This document shows, piece after piece, positions 9,243-19,240 of a stretch of DNA of 32,000 nucleotides. This stretch comes from Rhodobacter capsulatus SB 1003 (GTDB taxonomy: Bacteria > Pseudomonadota > Alphaproteobacteria > Rhodobacterales > Rhodobacteraceae). Each line of letters opens with the position of its first letter. The stretch's first letter is position 1. Where the stretch lies: assembly GCF_000021865.1 (NCBI RefSeq), contig NC_014034.1, positions 1,830,001 through 1,862,000 on the forward strand, given 5' to 3'. The notes beneath the pieces were generated by a model, which was not told where the DNA came from, did not search any database, and saw nothing but the letters and a program-made list of their open reading frames with translations. Both the position numbers and the translations under genes were made by a program.

Positions 9243-9320
9243 CGGACAGCCTCCCAGGTCGTGATAGTTCAACGTTAAACCATTCTCTACAGCATGCGAC
9301 GAAAAGATGCAATCGCGCGA

Positions 9321-9352
9321 ACGCAAAACGCCCGCACGAAGCCGTGCGGGCG
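9321..9352 (-). terminator. intrinsic terminator after ftsB
   Basis: A perfect 10-bp stem, CGCCCGCACG-aagc-CGTGCGGGCG (9329-9352), is followed on the minus strand by TTTTGCGT. Confidence 0.8.
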
Positions 9353-9374
9353 CGAAAACAGGCTTTGCGAAAGC

Positions 9375-9674
9375 TTAACGGATCACGATTTCATCGCCGC
9401 GCAGCGTGCCCAGCACTTCGCGCGCGCGTTCATCCAGCAGATCCAGGTCCAGATAATCATCCGACAGCCGCCGCGTCAGATTCGCCATCCGCGCCTTCTC
9501 GGCCTCCAGCTTGTCACGCTCGACCGTCAGCTTCTCGATCTCGGCATCGACCTGGACGCGGTGAAAGATGCCGTTCGGCCCCTGCATCGCGGCAAAGGCG
9601 AAGTTCAGCCCCAGCACGGTGGCTGCGGAATAGAAGACGAAGGGAACGACCCGCGGGCCTTTCGGGAAATTCAT
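9375..9674 (-). CDS. ftsB: septum formation initiator (FtsB/DivIC family)
   Basis: This is a small protein with one N-terminal TM helix followed by a coiled coil (EIEKLTVERDKLEAEKARMANL). Its position directly upstream of pdhA is as recalled for alphaproteobacteria. The start at 9674 has GGAAAGG upstream. Confidence 0.75.
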   Translation of the reverse strand: MNFPKGPRVVPFVFYSAATVLGLNFAFAAMQGPNGIFHRVQVDAEIEKLTVERDKLEAEKARMANLTRRLSDDYLDLDLLDERAREVLGTLRGDEIVIR

Positions 9675-9747
9675 GCTCTGCCTTTCCTGCCGCCTCTCCG
9701 GGCGCTTTCGCAACCATGCCACAAAGGCCGCGGCGTGAAAAGGGGCG

Positions 9748-9777
9748 CAAACAAACGGGCCCCCGATCGGGGGCCCG
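9748..9777 (-). terminator. intrinsic terminator after fba
   Basis: The palindrome CGGGCCCCCGATCGGGGGCCCG (9756-9777) is followed on the minus strand by TTTGTTTG. Confidence 0.75.
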
Positions 9778-9798
9778 CGGGATTACCTTATACGCCGA

Positions 9799-10683
9799 TC
9801 AACCGGCGATCGAGGCGCGGTAGATGCTGTCGATCGCTTCGCCCAGCGCCGCATCGAATTCGGCGTCGGTCATCTGCGCGGTCAGACCCTCGGTCAGCGC
9901 GCGGCTGAAGGAGGCGATCATGCCCTTGTTGCGGGCCAGGATCGCATTCGCGTCATTGCGCGCATAGCCGCCCGAAAGCGCCACGACCTTGATCACATTC
10001 GGATGTTCGACCAGCGGCAGGTAGAAATTGTCCACCGTCGGCAGGCTCAGCTTCAGCATGACCGGCGAGGAGACGGTTTCCAGCCCGGCCAAAAGCGCAT
10101 CGCGCAGCATCGCCTCGGCCTCGATCTTGTCGGCGATCGAGATCGTCACCTCGGGCTCCAGGATCGGCACCATGCCCGCGCCCAGAACCTGCTCGCCCAC
10201 TTCGAACTGCTGCGCGACGACCGCGGCAATCCCCATCGGATCGGCGGCCGAAATCACCGAACGTTCCTTGGTGCCGAAGATCCCGGCCTCGGCGGCGCGC
10301 TCCAGCAGCGCATCCAGCGTCGGCATGGCTTTCAGCATCTGGCAGCCGTTCTTTTCCTCTTCCAGACCCTTGTCGATCTTCAGGAAGGGCACGACACCGC
10401 GTTTTTCCCACAGATAGGTGGCGGTCGGAATGCCGTCGATATCGCGGTCCATCGTCTGTTCGAACAGGATCGCGCCCACGACCTTGTCACCGGTAAACGC
10501 GCTCGACTTGATGATCCGCGCCCGCATCGCATGGATCAGGTCGTACATCTCGGTTTCGTTCGAATAGGCGTCTTCGGTGATGCCATAGAGCCGCAGCGCC
10601 TTCGGCGTCGAGCCGCCCGACTGGTCAAGCGCGGCAATGAAGCCCTCGCCCTTGCGCATGTGTTCCATCATCGTCTTCGCCAT
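9799..10683 (-). CDS. fba: fructose-bisphosphate aldolase, class I
   Basis: The N-terminus GEGFIAALDQSGGSTPKAL and the overall length are typical of bacterial class I FBA. I chose the internal start MAKTMMEH. Confidence 0.87.
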   Translation of the reverse strand: MAKTMMEHMRKGEGFIAALDQSGGSTPKALRLYGITEDAYSNETEMYDLIHAMRARIIKSSAFTGDKVVGAILFEQTMDRDIDGIPTATYLWEKRGVVPFLKIDKGLEEEKNGCQMLKAMPTLDALLERAAEAGIFGTKERSVISAADPMGIAAVVAQQFEVGEQVLGAGMVPILEPEVTISIADKIEAEAMLRDALLAGLETVSSPVMLKLSLPTVDNFYLPLVEHPNVIKVVALSGGYARNDANAILARNKGMIASFSRALTEGLTAQMTDAEFDAALGEAIDSIYRASIAG

Positions 10684-10804
10684 CTTCGACCCCCGATCCT
10701 GGGCCCGGACCATCCCGGGCAGCGACTTTTGCAATTGCAGCCCCCGGTTAAACCCTTGTGACAGTCGATGCAATTCCGGTTTCGCTAACAGCCGTGGCAG
10801 ACAT

Positions 10805-10832
10805 GAAAAAACGGGGCGCTTCGCAGCGCCCC
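10805..10832 (-). terminator. intrinsic terminator after pgk
   Basis: The hairpin GGGGCGCT-tcgc-AGCGCCCC (10813-10832) is followed on the minus strand by GTTTTTTC. Confidence 0.85.
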
Positions 10833-10857
10833 GCCGATTTCGTCCCGAAGCCCGGGC

Positions 10858-12048
10858 TTATTTCATCAGCGCCGCGACGCCGGGCAGTTCCTTGCCTTCC
10901 ATCCATTCCAGGAAGGCCCCGCCCGCGGTCGAGATATAGCTGAAATCCTCGGCCGCGCCCGCCTTGTTCAGCGCCGCCACGGTGTCGCCCCCGCCCGCGA
11001 CGGACACGAGCTTGCCCGCCTTGGTCAGATCGGCCGCCTTTTGCGCCGCCGCATTCGTCGCCGCGTCAAAGGGCGCGATCTCGAAGGCGCCCAGCGGCCC
11101 GTTCCAGATCAGCGTCTTCGACGCCTCGAAGACCTTGGCGATTTCCTCGACCGATTTCGGCCCGGCATCCAGGATCATCGCATCGGCCGGGCAATCGGCA
11201 TTGCCGACAACCTCGTTCTCGGCGCCCGCCTTGAACTCGCGCGCCACCACCACATCGGCGGGCAGGTGAATCGCACAGCCCGCCGCGGCGGCCTTTTCCA
11301 GGATCTCGCGCGCGGTTTCCGCCATCTCGCGTTCCGCCAGCGACTTGCCGACATCGATGCCCTGCGCCACAAGGAAGGTGTTCGCCATGCCGCCGCCGAT
11401 CACCAGATGATCGACCTTGGTCACCAGATTGCCCAAAAGATCAAGCTTGGTCGAGACCTTGGCCCCGCCCACCACGGCGCAGACCGGACGCACCGGATTG
11501 CCCAAAGCCGCTTCCAGCGCCTTCAGCTCGGCCGCCATCAGCCGCCCCGCCACCGCCGGAAGGATATGCGCCACGCCTTCGGTGGAGCTATGCGCCCGGT
11601 GCGCCGCCGAGAAGGCGTCGTTCACATAGACCTCGCCCAGCGCGGCCATCGCGGCGCTCAGCTCGGGATCGTTCTTTTCCTCACCGGCATGGAAGCGGGT
11701 GTTTTCCAACAGCAGCACCTCGCCCGCGGCCAGCGCCGCAACGGCGGTCTTCGCCGGGGCACCGATGCAGTCTTCGGCGAATTTCACCGGCACGCCCAGC
11801 GCCTTGGCCAGTTCCGGCACCAGCGGACGCAGGCTCATTTCCGGCACCGGCTTGCCTTTCGGGCGGCCGAAATGCGCCAGCAGCACCGGCTTGCCCCCCT
11901 TGGCAAGGATGTCCTTGACCGTGGGCGCGATCTTTTCGATCCGCGTCGCGTCGGTCACCACCCCGTTTTCCACCGGCACGTTGATATCGACGCGCACGAG
12001 CACCACCTTGCCCGCAAGATCCATCTCGTCGAGCGTTTTCCAAGCCAT
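10858..12048 (-). CDS. pgk: phosphoglycerate kinase
   Basis: The start [25 protein letters not shown] has GGAGAA upstream. Classic PGK motifs are present (RVDxNVP, GGGDT near the C-terminus). Confidence 0.95.
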   Translation of the reverse strand: MAWKTLDEMDLAGKVVLVRVDINVPVENGVVTDATRIEKIAPTVKDILAKGGKPVLLAHFGRPKGKPVPEMSLRPLVPELAKALGVPVKFAEDCIGAPAKTAVAALAAGEVLLLENTRFHAGEEKNDPELSAAMAALGEVYVNDAFSAAHRAHSSTEGVAHILPAVAGRLMAAELKALEAALGNPVRPVCAVVGGAKVSTKLDLLGNLVTKVDHLVIGGGMANTFLVAQGIDVGKSLAEREMAETAREILEKAAAAGCAIHLPADVVVAREFKAGAENEVVGNADCPADAMILDAGPKSVEEIAKVFEASKTLIWNGPLGAFEIAPFDAATNAAAQKAADLTKAGKLVSVAGGGDTVAALNKAGAAEDFSYISTAGGAFLEWMEGKELPGVAALMK

Positions 12049-12257
12049 ATCCGTTCTCCAGTTGTGGGTCGCAAGGCGGGGGCCGTCCACCTGCGGCTCG
12101 CGCAAAATTGCCCGGATGTGACGGGGTCGTCAACGCCTTGCGGCCGCGCGGGCGGCGAAAACCCGCCCGGCTGCGACGAAATTCCCGCGTCGCTTTGCCC
12201 TTTTCACCGCCGCCCGCAGCCCCTAAGTTGCCCCCAGACCAAATTCAGGAGAGCCCC

Positions 12258-12764
12258 ATGGCCGAGATCAAGGATCCCGAAAACACCATCATCATCACCC
12301 TCAAGGACGGGCCGGTGGTGATCGAGCTTCTGACCGATGTGGCGCCGCTGCACTGCGAGCGGATGAAGCAGCTTGCCCGCGACGGCGCCTATGACAACGT
12401 GGCCTTCCACCGCGTGATCGAGGGCTTCATGGCGCAGACGGGCGATGTCGAACACGCCAATATGGAAAAGGATTACAACCCCCGCCGCGCCGGCACGGGC
12501 GGGTCGCAATATCCTGATCTGAAAGCGGAATTTTCCAAGGTGCCGCATGCGCGCGGCAGCCTCGGCGCGGCGCGGTCGATGAACCCGAACTCGGCCAACA
12601 GCCAGTTCTTCATCAACTTCACCGACAACAGCTTCCTCAACGGCCAATACACCGTCTATGGCCAGGTGATCTCGGGGATGGAATTCGTCGACAAGATCGC
12701 CCGCGGCGAGCCCCCGGCGAACCCTGACCGGATGATCACCGTGCGGGTGGCGGCCGATGCGTAA
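12258..12764 (+). CDS. ppiB: cyclophilin-type peptidyl-prolyl cis-trans isomerase, cytoplasmic
   Basis: AGGAGAG lies 5 nt upstream of the ATG at 12258. The motifs FHRVIEGFMAQTGD and NSANSQFFI are present. Confidence 0.9.
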   Translation: MAEIKDPENTIIITLKDGPVVIELLTDVAPLHCERMKQLARDGAYDNVAFHRVIEGFMAQTGDVEHANMEKDYNPRRAGTGGSQYPDLKAEFSKVPHARGSLGAARSMNPNSANSQFFINFTDNSFLNGQYTVYGQVISGMEFVDKIARGEPPANPDRMITVRVAADA

Positions 12765-13338
12765 GCTCCTGCTCGCCACGGCACTGGCCTTTGCGGCGAC
12801 GGGGGCGCTGGCGCAGGATGGCACCACCGCGCCCGACGGCCCGGGCCCGAACCTCGTGCTCGAGATCGGCGGCTCGGTTTCGGGCAAGGTGGTGATCGAC
12901 CTTTTGCCCGATGTCGCCCCCGGCCATGTCGAGCGCATCACCCAGCTGGCCAATGAACATGCCTATGACGACGTGGTCTTCCACCGCGTGATCGAGGGCT
13001 TCATGGCGCAGACGGGCGACGTGCAATTCGGCAAGCGCGGCGGCGATCTGTCGATGGCGGGGATGGGCGGGTCGAAATACGGCGACCTTCCGGCGGAATT
13101 CTCGAACCGCTCCTTCGCGCGCGGCATGGTCGGCATGGCGCGTTCGGCCAGCCCCGACTCGGCCAACAGCCAGTTCTTCATCATGTTCGAACCCGCCCCG
13201 CATCTGGACGGCCAATACACGATCGTCGGCCATGTGGTCGAAGGCATGGATCTGGTCGACAAGCTGAAAAAGGGCGCGCCCGAGCTGAACGGCCTTGTCG
13301 AAGACCCCGATTACATCGTCAAGGCCACGATCGAGTGA
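12757..13338 (+). CDS. ppiA: cyclophilin-type peptidyl-prolyl cis-trans isomerase with signal peptide (periplasmic)
   Basis: The start overlaps the upstream stop (ATGCGTAA). The signal peptide is MRKLLLATALAFAATGALAQ. The same cyclophilin motifs as ppiB are present. Confidence 0.9.
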   Translation: MRKLLLATALAFAATGALAQDGTTAPDGPGPNLVLEIGGSVSGKVVIDLLPDVAPGHVERITQLANEHAYDDVVFHRVIEGFMAQTGDVQFGKRGGDLSMAGMGGSKYGDLPAEFSNRSFARGMVGMARSASPDSANSQFFIMFEPAPHLDGQYTIVGHVVEGMDLVDKLKKGAPELNGLVEDPDYIVKATIE

Positions 13339-13349
13339 CACGGGCGCAG

Positions 13350-13477
13350 GGGGCTCTGCCCCCCCTCTGTGCGCATTCACCCCCCGGGATATTTTCGCCA
13401 AGGTGAAATGGAAAAGGGCGTCCGCTGGGGCGCCCTTTCATCTTGCCACAAATATCCCGGGGTCCGGGCAGAGCCCC
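13350..13477. repeat. nested inverted repeats filling the ppiA/tyrS spacer
   Basis: The outer 12-mer GGGGCTCTGCCC (13350-13361) pairs with GGGCAGAGCCCC (13466-13477). The middle 13-mer CCCCGGGATATTT (13382-13394) pairs with AAATATCCCGGGG (13450-13462). The inner element is the terminator stem at 13413-13438. Confidence 0.85.
13405..13446. terminator. bidirectional terminator between ppiA and tyrS (core of the nested palindrome)
   Basis: The stem is AAAGGGCG-(10 nt)-CGCCCTTT (13413-13438). The plus strand continues TTTCATCTT and the minus strand continues TTTTCCATTTC. Confidence 0.65.
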
Positions 13478-13485
13478 GGCCTTGC

Positions 13486-14736
13486 TCAGCCCAGAGACAC
13501 CAGCGCATGGCGCTTCTTGCCTGCGCTCAGCTTCACCGGCTGGGCCAGATCGGCGGCCGAGAACATCCGCCCCGCGTCAAGGCAGATCTCGTCATCGACC
13601 TTCAGGCCGCCCTCGGAAATCAGCCGCTTGCCGTCCTTGCCGGTCTTCGCCAGCCCCGAACGCACCACCAGCTGCGCGAGGCTGATCCCCTCGGCCAGTT
13701 CCTCGGCCCCCAGCGTGAGCCGCGGCAGGTCTTCGCCGACGCCGCCCTTCTCGAAGACTTCGCGCGCGGTGGCCTCGGCCGCCGCCGCCGCTTCGGCGCC
13801 ATGCAGCAGCGTCGTCACTTCATTGGCCAGAATGATCTTGGCGCCGTTGATCTCGGACCCTTCCAGCTTGCCGAGCCGGTCGCATTCTTCCACCGGCAGA
13901 TCGGTGTAAAGCTTCAGGAACCGGCCCACATCGGCATCGGTCGTATTGCGCCAGAACTGCCAGAATTCATACGGGCTCAGCATTTCGCCATTCAGCCAGA
14001 CCGCGCCGCCCTGGCTCTTGCCCATCTTGCGCCCGTCCGAGGTGGTCAGAAGCGGCGTCGTCAGCCCGAAGATCTCGCGATCGAGCACCCGGCGCGTCAG
14101 GTCGATGCCGTTGACGATATTGCCCCATTGATCCGAGCCGCCCATCTGCAGCAGACAACCATAGCGGCGGTTCAGCTCCAGGAAATCATAAGCCTGCAGG
14201 ATCATGTAGTTGAATTCAAGGAAGCTCAGCGACTGCTCGCGGTCGAGCCGCGATTTCACCGATTCGAAGCTCAGCATCCGGTTGACCGAGAAATGCCGCC
14301 CGATGTCGCGCAGGAACTCAAGGTAGTTCAGATCGTCAAGCCATTCGGCATTGTTGCGCATCAGCGCGCCATTGCCGTCGTCCTTGTAATCGAGATAGCG
14401 CGCAAAGACGCGCTGCATCCCCGCGATATTCTCGTCGATCCTCTCGGGCGTCAGCAGCGGCCGTTCCTCCGACCGGAAGCTGGGGTCCCCCACCTTCGTC
14501 GTGCCCCCGCCCATCAGCGTGATCGGCTTGTGCCCGGTCTTCTGGAACCAGCGCAGCAGCATGATGTTCAGCAGATGCCCGACATGCAGCGAGGCCGCCG
14601 TGGCATCATAGCCGATATAGCAGGTCACCATTCCCCCCGCCAAAGCGGTGTCAAGTTCCTGAAGATCGGTGCAATCGGCCAGAAAACCGCGCTCGATAAT
14701 GACGCGCAGGAATTCCGATTTCGGATGATAAGTCAT
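13486..14736 (-). CDS. tyrS: tyrosyl-tRNA synthetase
   Basis: I chose the internal start MTYHPKSEF, which has AAGGGA upstream. It has the class I HIGH-type motif (ASLHVGH), KMGKS, and a C-terminal S4-like domain. Confidence 0.95.
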   Translation of the reverse strand: MTYHPKSEFLRVIIERGFLADCTDLQELDTALAGGMVTCYIGYDATAASLHVGHLLNIMLLRWFQKTGHKPITLMGGGTTKVGDPSFRSEERPLLTPERIDENIAGMQRVFARYLDYKDDGNGALMRNNAEWLDDLNYLEFLRDIGRHFSVNRMLSFESVKSRLDREQSLSFLEFNYMILQAYDFLELNRRYGCLLQMGGSDQWGNIVNGIDLTRRVLDREIFGLTTPLLTTSDGRKMGKSQGGAVWLNGEMLSPYEFWQFWRNTTDADVGRFLKLYTDLPVEECDRLGKLEGSEINGAKIILANEVTTLLHGAEAAAAAEATAREVFEKGGVGEDLPRLTLGAEELAEGISLAQLVVRSGLAKTGKDGKRLISEGGLKVDDEICLDAGRMFSAADLAQPVKLSAGKKRHALVSLG

Positions 14737-14795
14737 CGTGCTTGTCCCTTGGCTGGCCCCATGCGTATATCGGCGCAGGCGCAAAAGGGGAAGAG

Positions 14796-15938
14796 ATGTT
14801 GAAAACGGGCGCAAAAACGGGGCCGGTCTGGGCCGTCGGCACGATGTCGGGAACCTCGCTCGATGGCGTCGACGCGGCGGCGCTGCTGACGGACGGCCAT
14901 GCGATCCTCGATTTCGGCCCCACGGCCTACCGCCCCTACACCCCCGCCGAACGCGGCGCGATCCATCGCGCGCTTGGCCGCTGGCCGGGCCAGGACGGCG
15001 TGGCCGAGGCCGCCGAGGTGGTCGAGACCGCCCATGCCGAACTGCTCTCGGCGCTGCTGGCCGATCTGCCCGAAGAGGCGGGCGAGGTGCTGATCGGCTT
15101 TCACGGCCAGACGCTGGCGCATGATCCGAACGGGCTGCACGGGGCGCGGCGCACGCATCAGGCGGGCGACGGCGCGGTGCTGGCCGAGGTGCTGGGCCGT
15201 CCGGTGGTCTGGGATTTCCGCTCCATGGATGTGGAAATGGGCGGGCAGGGGGCGCCTCTGGTGCCGTTCTTCCACTTCGCCTGCGCGAAATGGGCGGGGC
15301 TTTCGGCGCCTTGCGCCTTTCTCAATCTGGGCGGGGTGGGCAATGTCACCTGGCTTGACCCGCGCCTGCCTGCCCCGGAAGCCGAGGGCGCCGTGCTGGC
15401 CTTCGACACCGGCCCGGCCAATGCGCCGATCGACGATCTGATGCGCCGCCGTCTGGGGGCCACGGCCGATATCGGCGGCGCGCTTGCGCTTTCGGGTCGG
15501 GTGGAGGAAGCCGCGGTGACCGCGTTCCTCGGGCATCGGCATTTCTTCCGCATGCCGCCGAAATCGCTCGACCGCAACGAATTCGCCGCGGCCCTGTCCT
15601 TCGTGGACCGGCTTGACGATGCCGATGCGGTGGCGACGCTGACCGCCTGCGCCGCCGCCGCCGTCGCCCGCGGCTTCGAGCATTTCCCCAGCCCGCCCGA
15701 GCTGATCCTGGTTTCGGGCGGTGGTCGGCTCAATGCCGCGTTGATGGCGGAACTCGCCGCGCGGCTGCCCTGTGCGGTGGCGCCGATCGAAAAGATCGGC
15801 CTTGATGGCGACATGCTCGAGGCGCAGGCCTTCGCCTATCTGGCGGTCCGGGTCGCGCGCGGCCTGCCGACCTCGGGGCCCTCGACGACCGGCGTTGCCG
15901 CGCTCGTCGGCGGCGGCAAGGTCAGCCGGCCGCGGTAA
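14796..15938 (+). CDS. anmK: anhydro-N-acetylmuramic acid kinase
   Basis: The start MLKTG has an AAGGGGAAGAG SD. The N-terminal motif [14 protein letters not shown] is typical of AnmK. It is divergent from tyrS. Confidence 0.9.
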   Translation: MLKTGAKTGPVWAVGTMSGTSLDGVDAAALLTDGHAILDFGPTAYRPYTPAERGAIHRALGRWPGQDGVAEAAEVVETAHAELLSALLADLPEEAGEVLIGFHGQTLAHDPNGLHGARRTHQAGDGAVLAEVLGRPVVWDFRSMDVEMGGQGAPLVPFFHFACAKWAGLSAPCAFLNLGGVGNVTWLDPRLPAPEAEGAVLAFDTGPANAPIDDLMRRRLGATADIGGALALSGRVEEAAVTAFLGHRHFFRMPPKSLDRNEFAAALSFVDRLDDADAVATLTACAAAAVARGFEHFPSPPELILVSGGGRLNAALMAELAARLPCAVAPIEKIGLDGDMLEAQAFAYLAVRVARGLPTSGPSTTGVAALVGGGKVSRPR

Positions 15939-15958
15939 CCGCATTTCCGTCAGTCCCC

Positions 15959-15987
15959 TTGACCCAAAGCGGCTTTGCCCCTATCTC
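15959..15987 (+). promoter_or_regulatory. sigma70-like promoter for the DUF2798 gene (TTGACC-17-TATCTC)
   Basis: The -35 TTGACC is at 15959-15964, the spacer is 17 nt, and the -10 TATCTC is at 15982-15987. This predicts a leader of about 100 nt. Confidence 0.35.
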
Positions 15988-16092
15988 GGGCTCAGCCGAA
16001 AAACGTAAGACCGGTCAGGTTATCCCGGTCACCGCCCTTCGGGGCGGGAGCTAGTCGATCTCGAACCCGCGGCGCCCCAATCGAGAGAGACC

Positions 16093-16347
16093 ATGCAAAA
16101 CCCTGATCCCAAACGCGAAAAGCTGACCATCATCCTCGCACAAGTGTTCATCTCCTGCCTGATGGCGCTGATGATGACCTTTCTGTTTTCCATCCTGCTG
16201 CAGGGCTTCCCCGAGGGCTGGGCGCTGATCTGGCTGCGCAACTGGCTGACCGCCTGGCCGGTGGCCTTCCTGCTGTCGCTCGGCGTCGGCCCGCTGTCGT
16301 TCAAGCTTGCCTTCCGCGTGATGCACCGCCCCGTGCGCGAGGGCTGA
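16093..16347 (+). CDS. small two-TM membrane protein, DUF2798-like
   Basis: The 84-aa product has two hydrophobic helices. The overall pattern (LTIILAQVFISCLMALMMT..WLRNWLTAWPVAFLL) matches my recollection of DUF2798. Confidence 0.65.
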   Translation: MQNPDPKREKLTIILAQVFISCLMALMMTFLFSILLQGFPEGWALIWLRNWLTAWPVAFLLSLGVGPLSFKLAFRVMHRPVREG

Positions 16348-16776
16348 TCAGCCGGGGATGTCAAACCCCGGCGCGGCCATCTCGAACCCCTCGAAGCGGA
16401 ACCCCGGGCTGACGGTGCAGCCGACCAGCGTCCAGTCGCCCAAGGTCCGCGCCGCCTGCCAATGGCCCGCGGGCACGATGCCCTGCACCACCTCGGCGCC
16501 CAGCACATCGGGGCCGAGCCGCAGCCGCGTCACCGGCCCGGCGTCGCTGGCGGCCATCCGCAGCTCCAGCGGGCTTCCGGCGTGAAAATGCCAGATCTCG
16601 GCGGCATCCACCCGGTGCCAGTGGCTCGCCTCGCCCGCTTTCAGCAGAAACAGGATCGCCGTTCCCACTGGGCGCGCGCCCGGGTCCGCCTCGGCCACCC
16701 AGGTCTGGCGATACCAGCCGCCCTCGGGATGCGGTTCCAGCCCCAGCTGTGCAATGATCCGATCTGCCTCGCCCAT
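16348..16776 (-). CDS. cupin-fold protein (DUF985 family)
   Basis: The motifs LEPHPEGGWYRQTW, ILFLL..SHWHRV, EIWHFHAG and the C-terminus VSPGFRFEGFE are present. A GGAGGGG SD precedes the start. Confidence 0.8.
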   Translation of the reverse strand: MGEADRIIAQLGLEPHPEGGWYRQTWVAEADPGARPVGTAILFLLKAGEASHWHRVDAAEIWHFHAGSPLELRMAASDAGPVTRLRLGPDVLGAEVVQGIVPAGHWQAARTLGDWTLVGCTVSPGFRFEGFEMAAPGFDIPG

Positions 16777-16830
16777 GATCCCCTCCGGGTTTTTCTTGGC
16801 GCAAAGTCGCCCGCCGGAGGCTTCAAAGTC

Positions 16831-16866
16831 AAAGAAAAACCGCCGGGGGCAGGGGGCCTCCGGCGG
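16831..16866 (-). terminator. intrinsic terminator after eno
   Basis: The arms are 16840-16850 and 16856-16866. On the minus-strand RNA these read CCGCCGGAGGC-loop-GCCCCCGGCGG with one mismatch, followed by TTTTTCTTTG. Confidence 0.8.
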
Positions 16867-16900
16867 AATTTGCGTATTTGGACCAAGAAAAAGCCGAGGC

Positions 16901-18259
<1,359 letters not shown>

Positions 18260-18290
18260 TTAGCGTCCGACTTTTCGTGAATTTTTCGCG

Positions 18291-19181
18291 TCAGGCGGCG
18301 GGGGCTTCGGTCTTGGCCAGACGGCGTTGCCGGGCCAGCGTGTAAAGCCCCGAGGCGACGATGATGGCACCACCGATCAGCGTCCAGCGGTCCGGGGTTT
18401 CGGCAAAGACCGCCCAGCCGATGATCAGCGCAAAGATCAGCCGCGTGTAGCGGAAGGGGGTGATCACCGAGACCTCACCGAGCCGCATCGCCGCGATCAG
18501 CGCATAATAGCCCGCGGTGCCAAAGACCAGCGCCGCGGCAATGCCCGCCAGATCGAAGGCGGTGGGCAGGATCATCGGGCCCTGAAACGGGACAAGCAGC
18601 GCGCCTGCGGGAATCACCGAAGCAAATCCGTAGGTTGCAAGCTGCATCGAGGTGATGGATTTCGGCACCCGACGCGTCACCACATCGCGCGCGGCCAGGC
18701 CCAGCACGCCGACGACGGCGAAAAGCGAGAGCACCGAAAACCCCTCGGTGCCGGGGCGGATCACGATCAAGACGCCCAGAAAACCGACGCCGATCGCCGA
18801 CCAGCGCCGCCAGCCGACCTGCTCGCCAAGGAAAAGCGCGGCGCCAAGGGTCACCGCCAGGGGCGTCGCCTGCAAGATCGCCGAGGCCTCGGCCAAGGGC
18901 GTGAAGGCCACGGCGCAGACGAAGGCCAGCGTGCCGATCAGCTCGCCGAAATTGCGCCCGATCACCGCGGGGGCGAGCAGATCGCGCGAAAACAGCCGGT
19001 CGCCCTTGCGCAGCGCCAGCGTCGCAAAGATCGCCGTGCCGCCGATGCCCAGCAGCATCAGGATCTCGCCCACCGGCAGATGCCCGGCCAGGAATTTGAC
19101 GCACATGTCCTCGATGGCGAAGCCCGCCATCGCGAGCACCATCAGCAGACTTCCGCGGAGATTTTCAACACCATGTCCCAT
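18291..19181 (-). CDS. EamA/DMT-superfamily transporter
   Basis: It has about ten TM helices in two EamA-like halves. The start is ambiguous (19181 with GGGGA upstream, or 19208). It lies 60 nt or less downstream of selO on the same strand. Confidence 0.8.
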   Translation of the reverse strand: MGHGVENLRGSLLMVLAMAGFAIEDMCVKFLAGHLPVGEILMLLGIGGTAIFATLALRKGDRLFSRDLLAPAVIGRNFGELIGTLAFVCAVAFTPLAEASAILQATPLAVTLGAALFLGEQVGWRRWSAIGVGFLGVLIVIRPGTEGFSVLSLFAVVGVLGLAARDVVTRRVPKSITSMQLATYGFASVIPAGALLVPFQGPMILPTAFDLAGIAAALVFGTAGYYALIAAMRLGEVSVITPFRYTRLIFALIIGWAVFAETPDRWTLIGGAIIVASGLYTLARQRRLAKTEAPAA

Positions 19182-19240
19182 GGCGGTCCCCTGCCAGCGC
19201 GCCGCCAAAAGGTCCAGAGCGCGATTGTATCCGCCACAAG

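Noticed and set aside
6420-9278. A 952-aa plus-strand ORF, together with 5591-6898, lies antisense to pdhA/pdhB/pdhC.
   Set aside because: This is a typical high-GC antisense artefact. The translation is an Arg/Gly/His/Asp-rich low-complexity string with no motifs, while the opposite strand encodes unmistakable PDH subunits with SD sites and tight operon spacing.
9243-9326. The ORF track gives upstream-extended starts for pdhA. The same applies to ftsB 9722, fba 10773, pgk 12105, ppiB 12108, tyrS 14814, anmK 14742, nucleoside hydrolase 22084, ABC-F 23675, ndk 23560, Rrf2 25786, DUF475 28011 and MCP 31270.
   Set aside because: In each case an internal ATG preceded by a Shine-Dalgarno-like purine run matches the conserved N-terminus of the family. 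The extension has non-coding-like composition or overlaps the neighbouring gene or terminator.
14737-14795. A 59-bp divergent spacer between tyrS and anmK contains a palindromic GATATAC/GTATATC -10-like element.
   Set aside because: It is plausibly just back-to-back overlapping promoters. There is no T-box or other leader structure (and none is expected for tyrS in proteobacteria). It is noted but not distinctive.
16009-16030. The string CCGGUCAGG in the DUF2798 leader resembles part of the guanidine-III (ykkC-III) riboswitch core.
   Set aside because: Here the sequence is a simple hairpin without the second pseudoknot helix. The downstream gene is not a Gdx/SugE-type transporter, and the short match is likely coincidental. 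An Infernal scan would settle it.
16040-16080. The minus strand contains GGGTTCGAGATCG, reminiscent of a tRNA T-loop, raising the possibility of a tRNA fragment or att-site remnant.
   Set aside because: There is no complementary T-stem, no acceptor stem, no CCA context and no anticodon arm. No integrase or mobile genes are nearby.
16811-16866. A third copy of the eno terminator arm (CCGCCGGAGGC at 16811-16821) is perfectly complementary to 16856-16866, suggesting an antiterminator or alternative structure.
   Set aside because: On the eno transcript this segment lies downstream of the T-tract, so it cannot compete before termination. It more likely acts as a second hairpin or is a chance GC-rich repeat in the cupin gene's upstream region.
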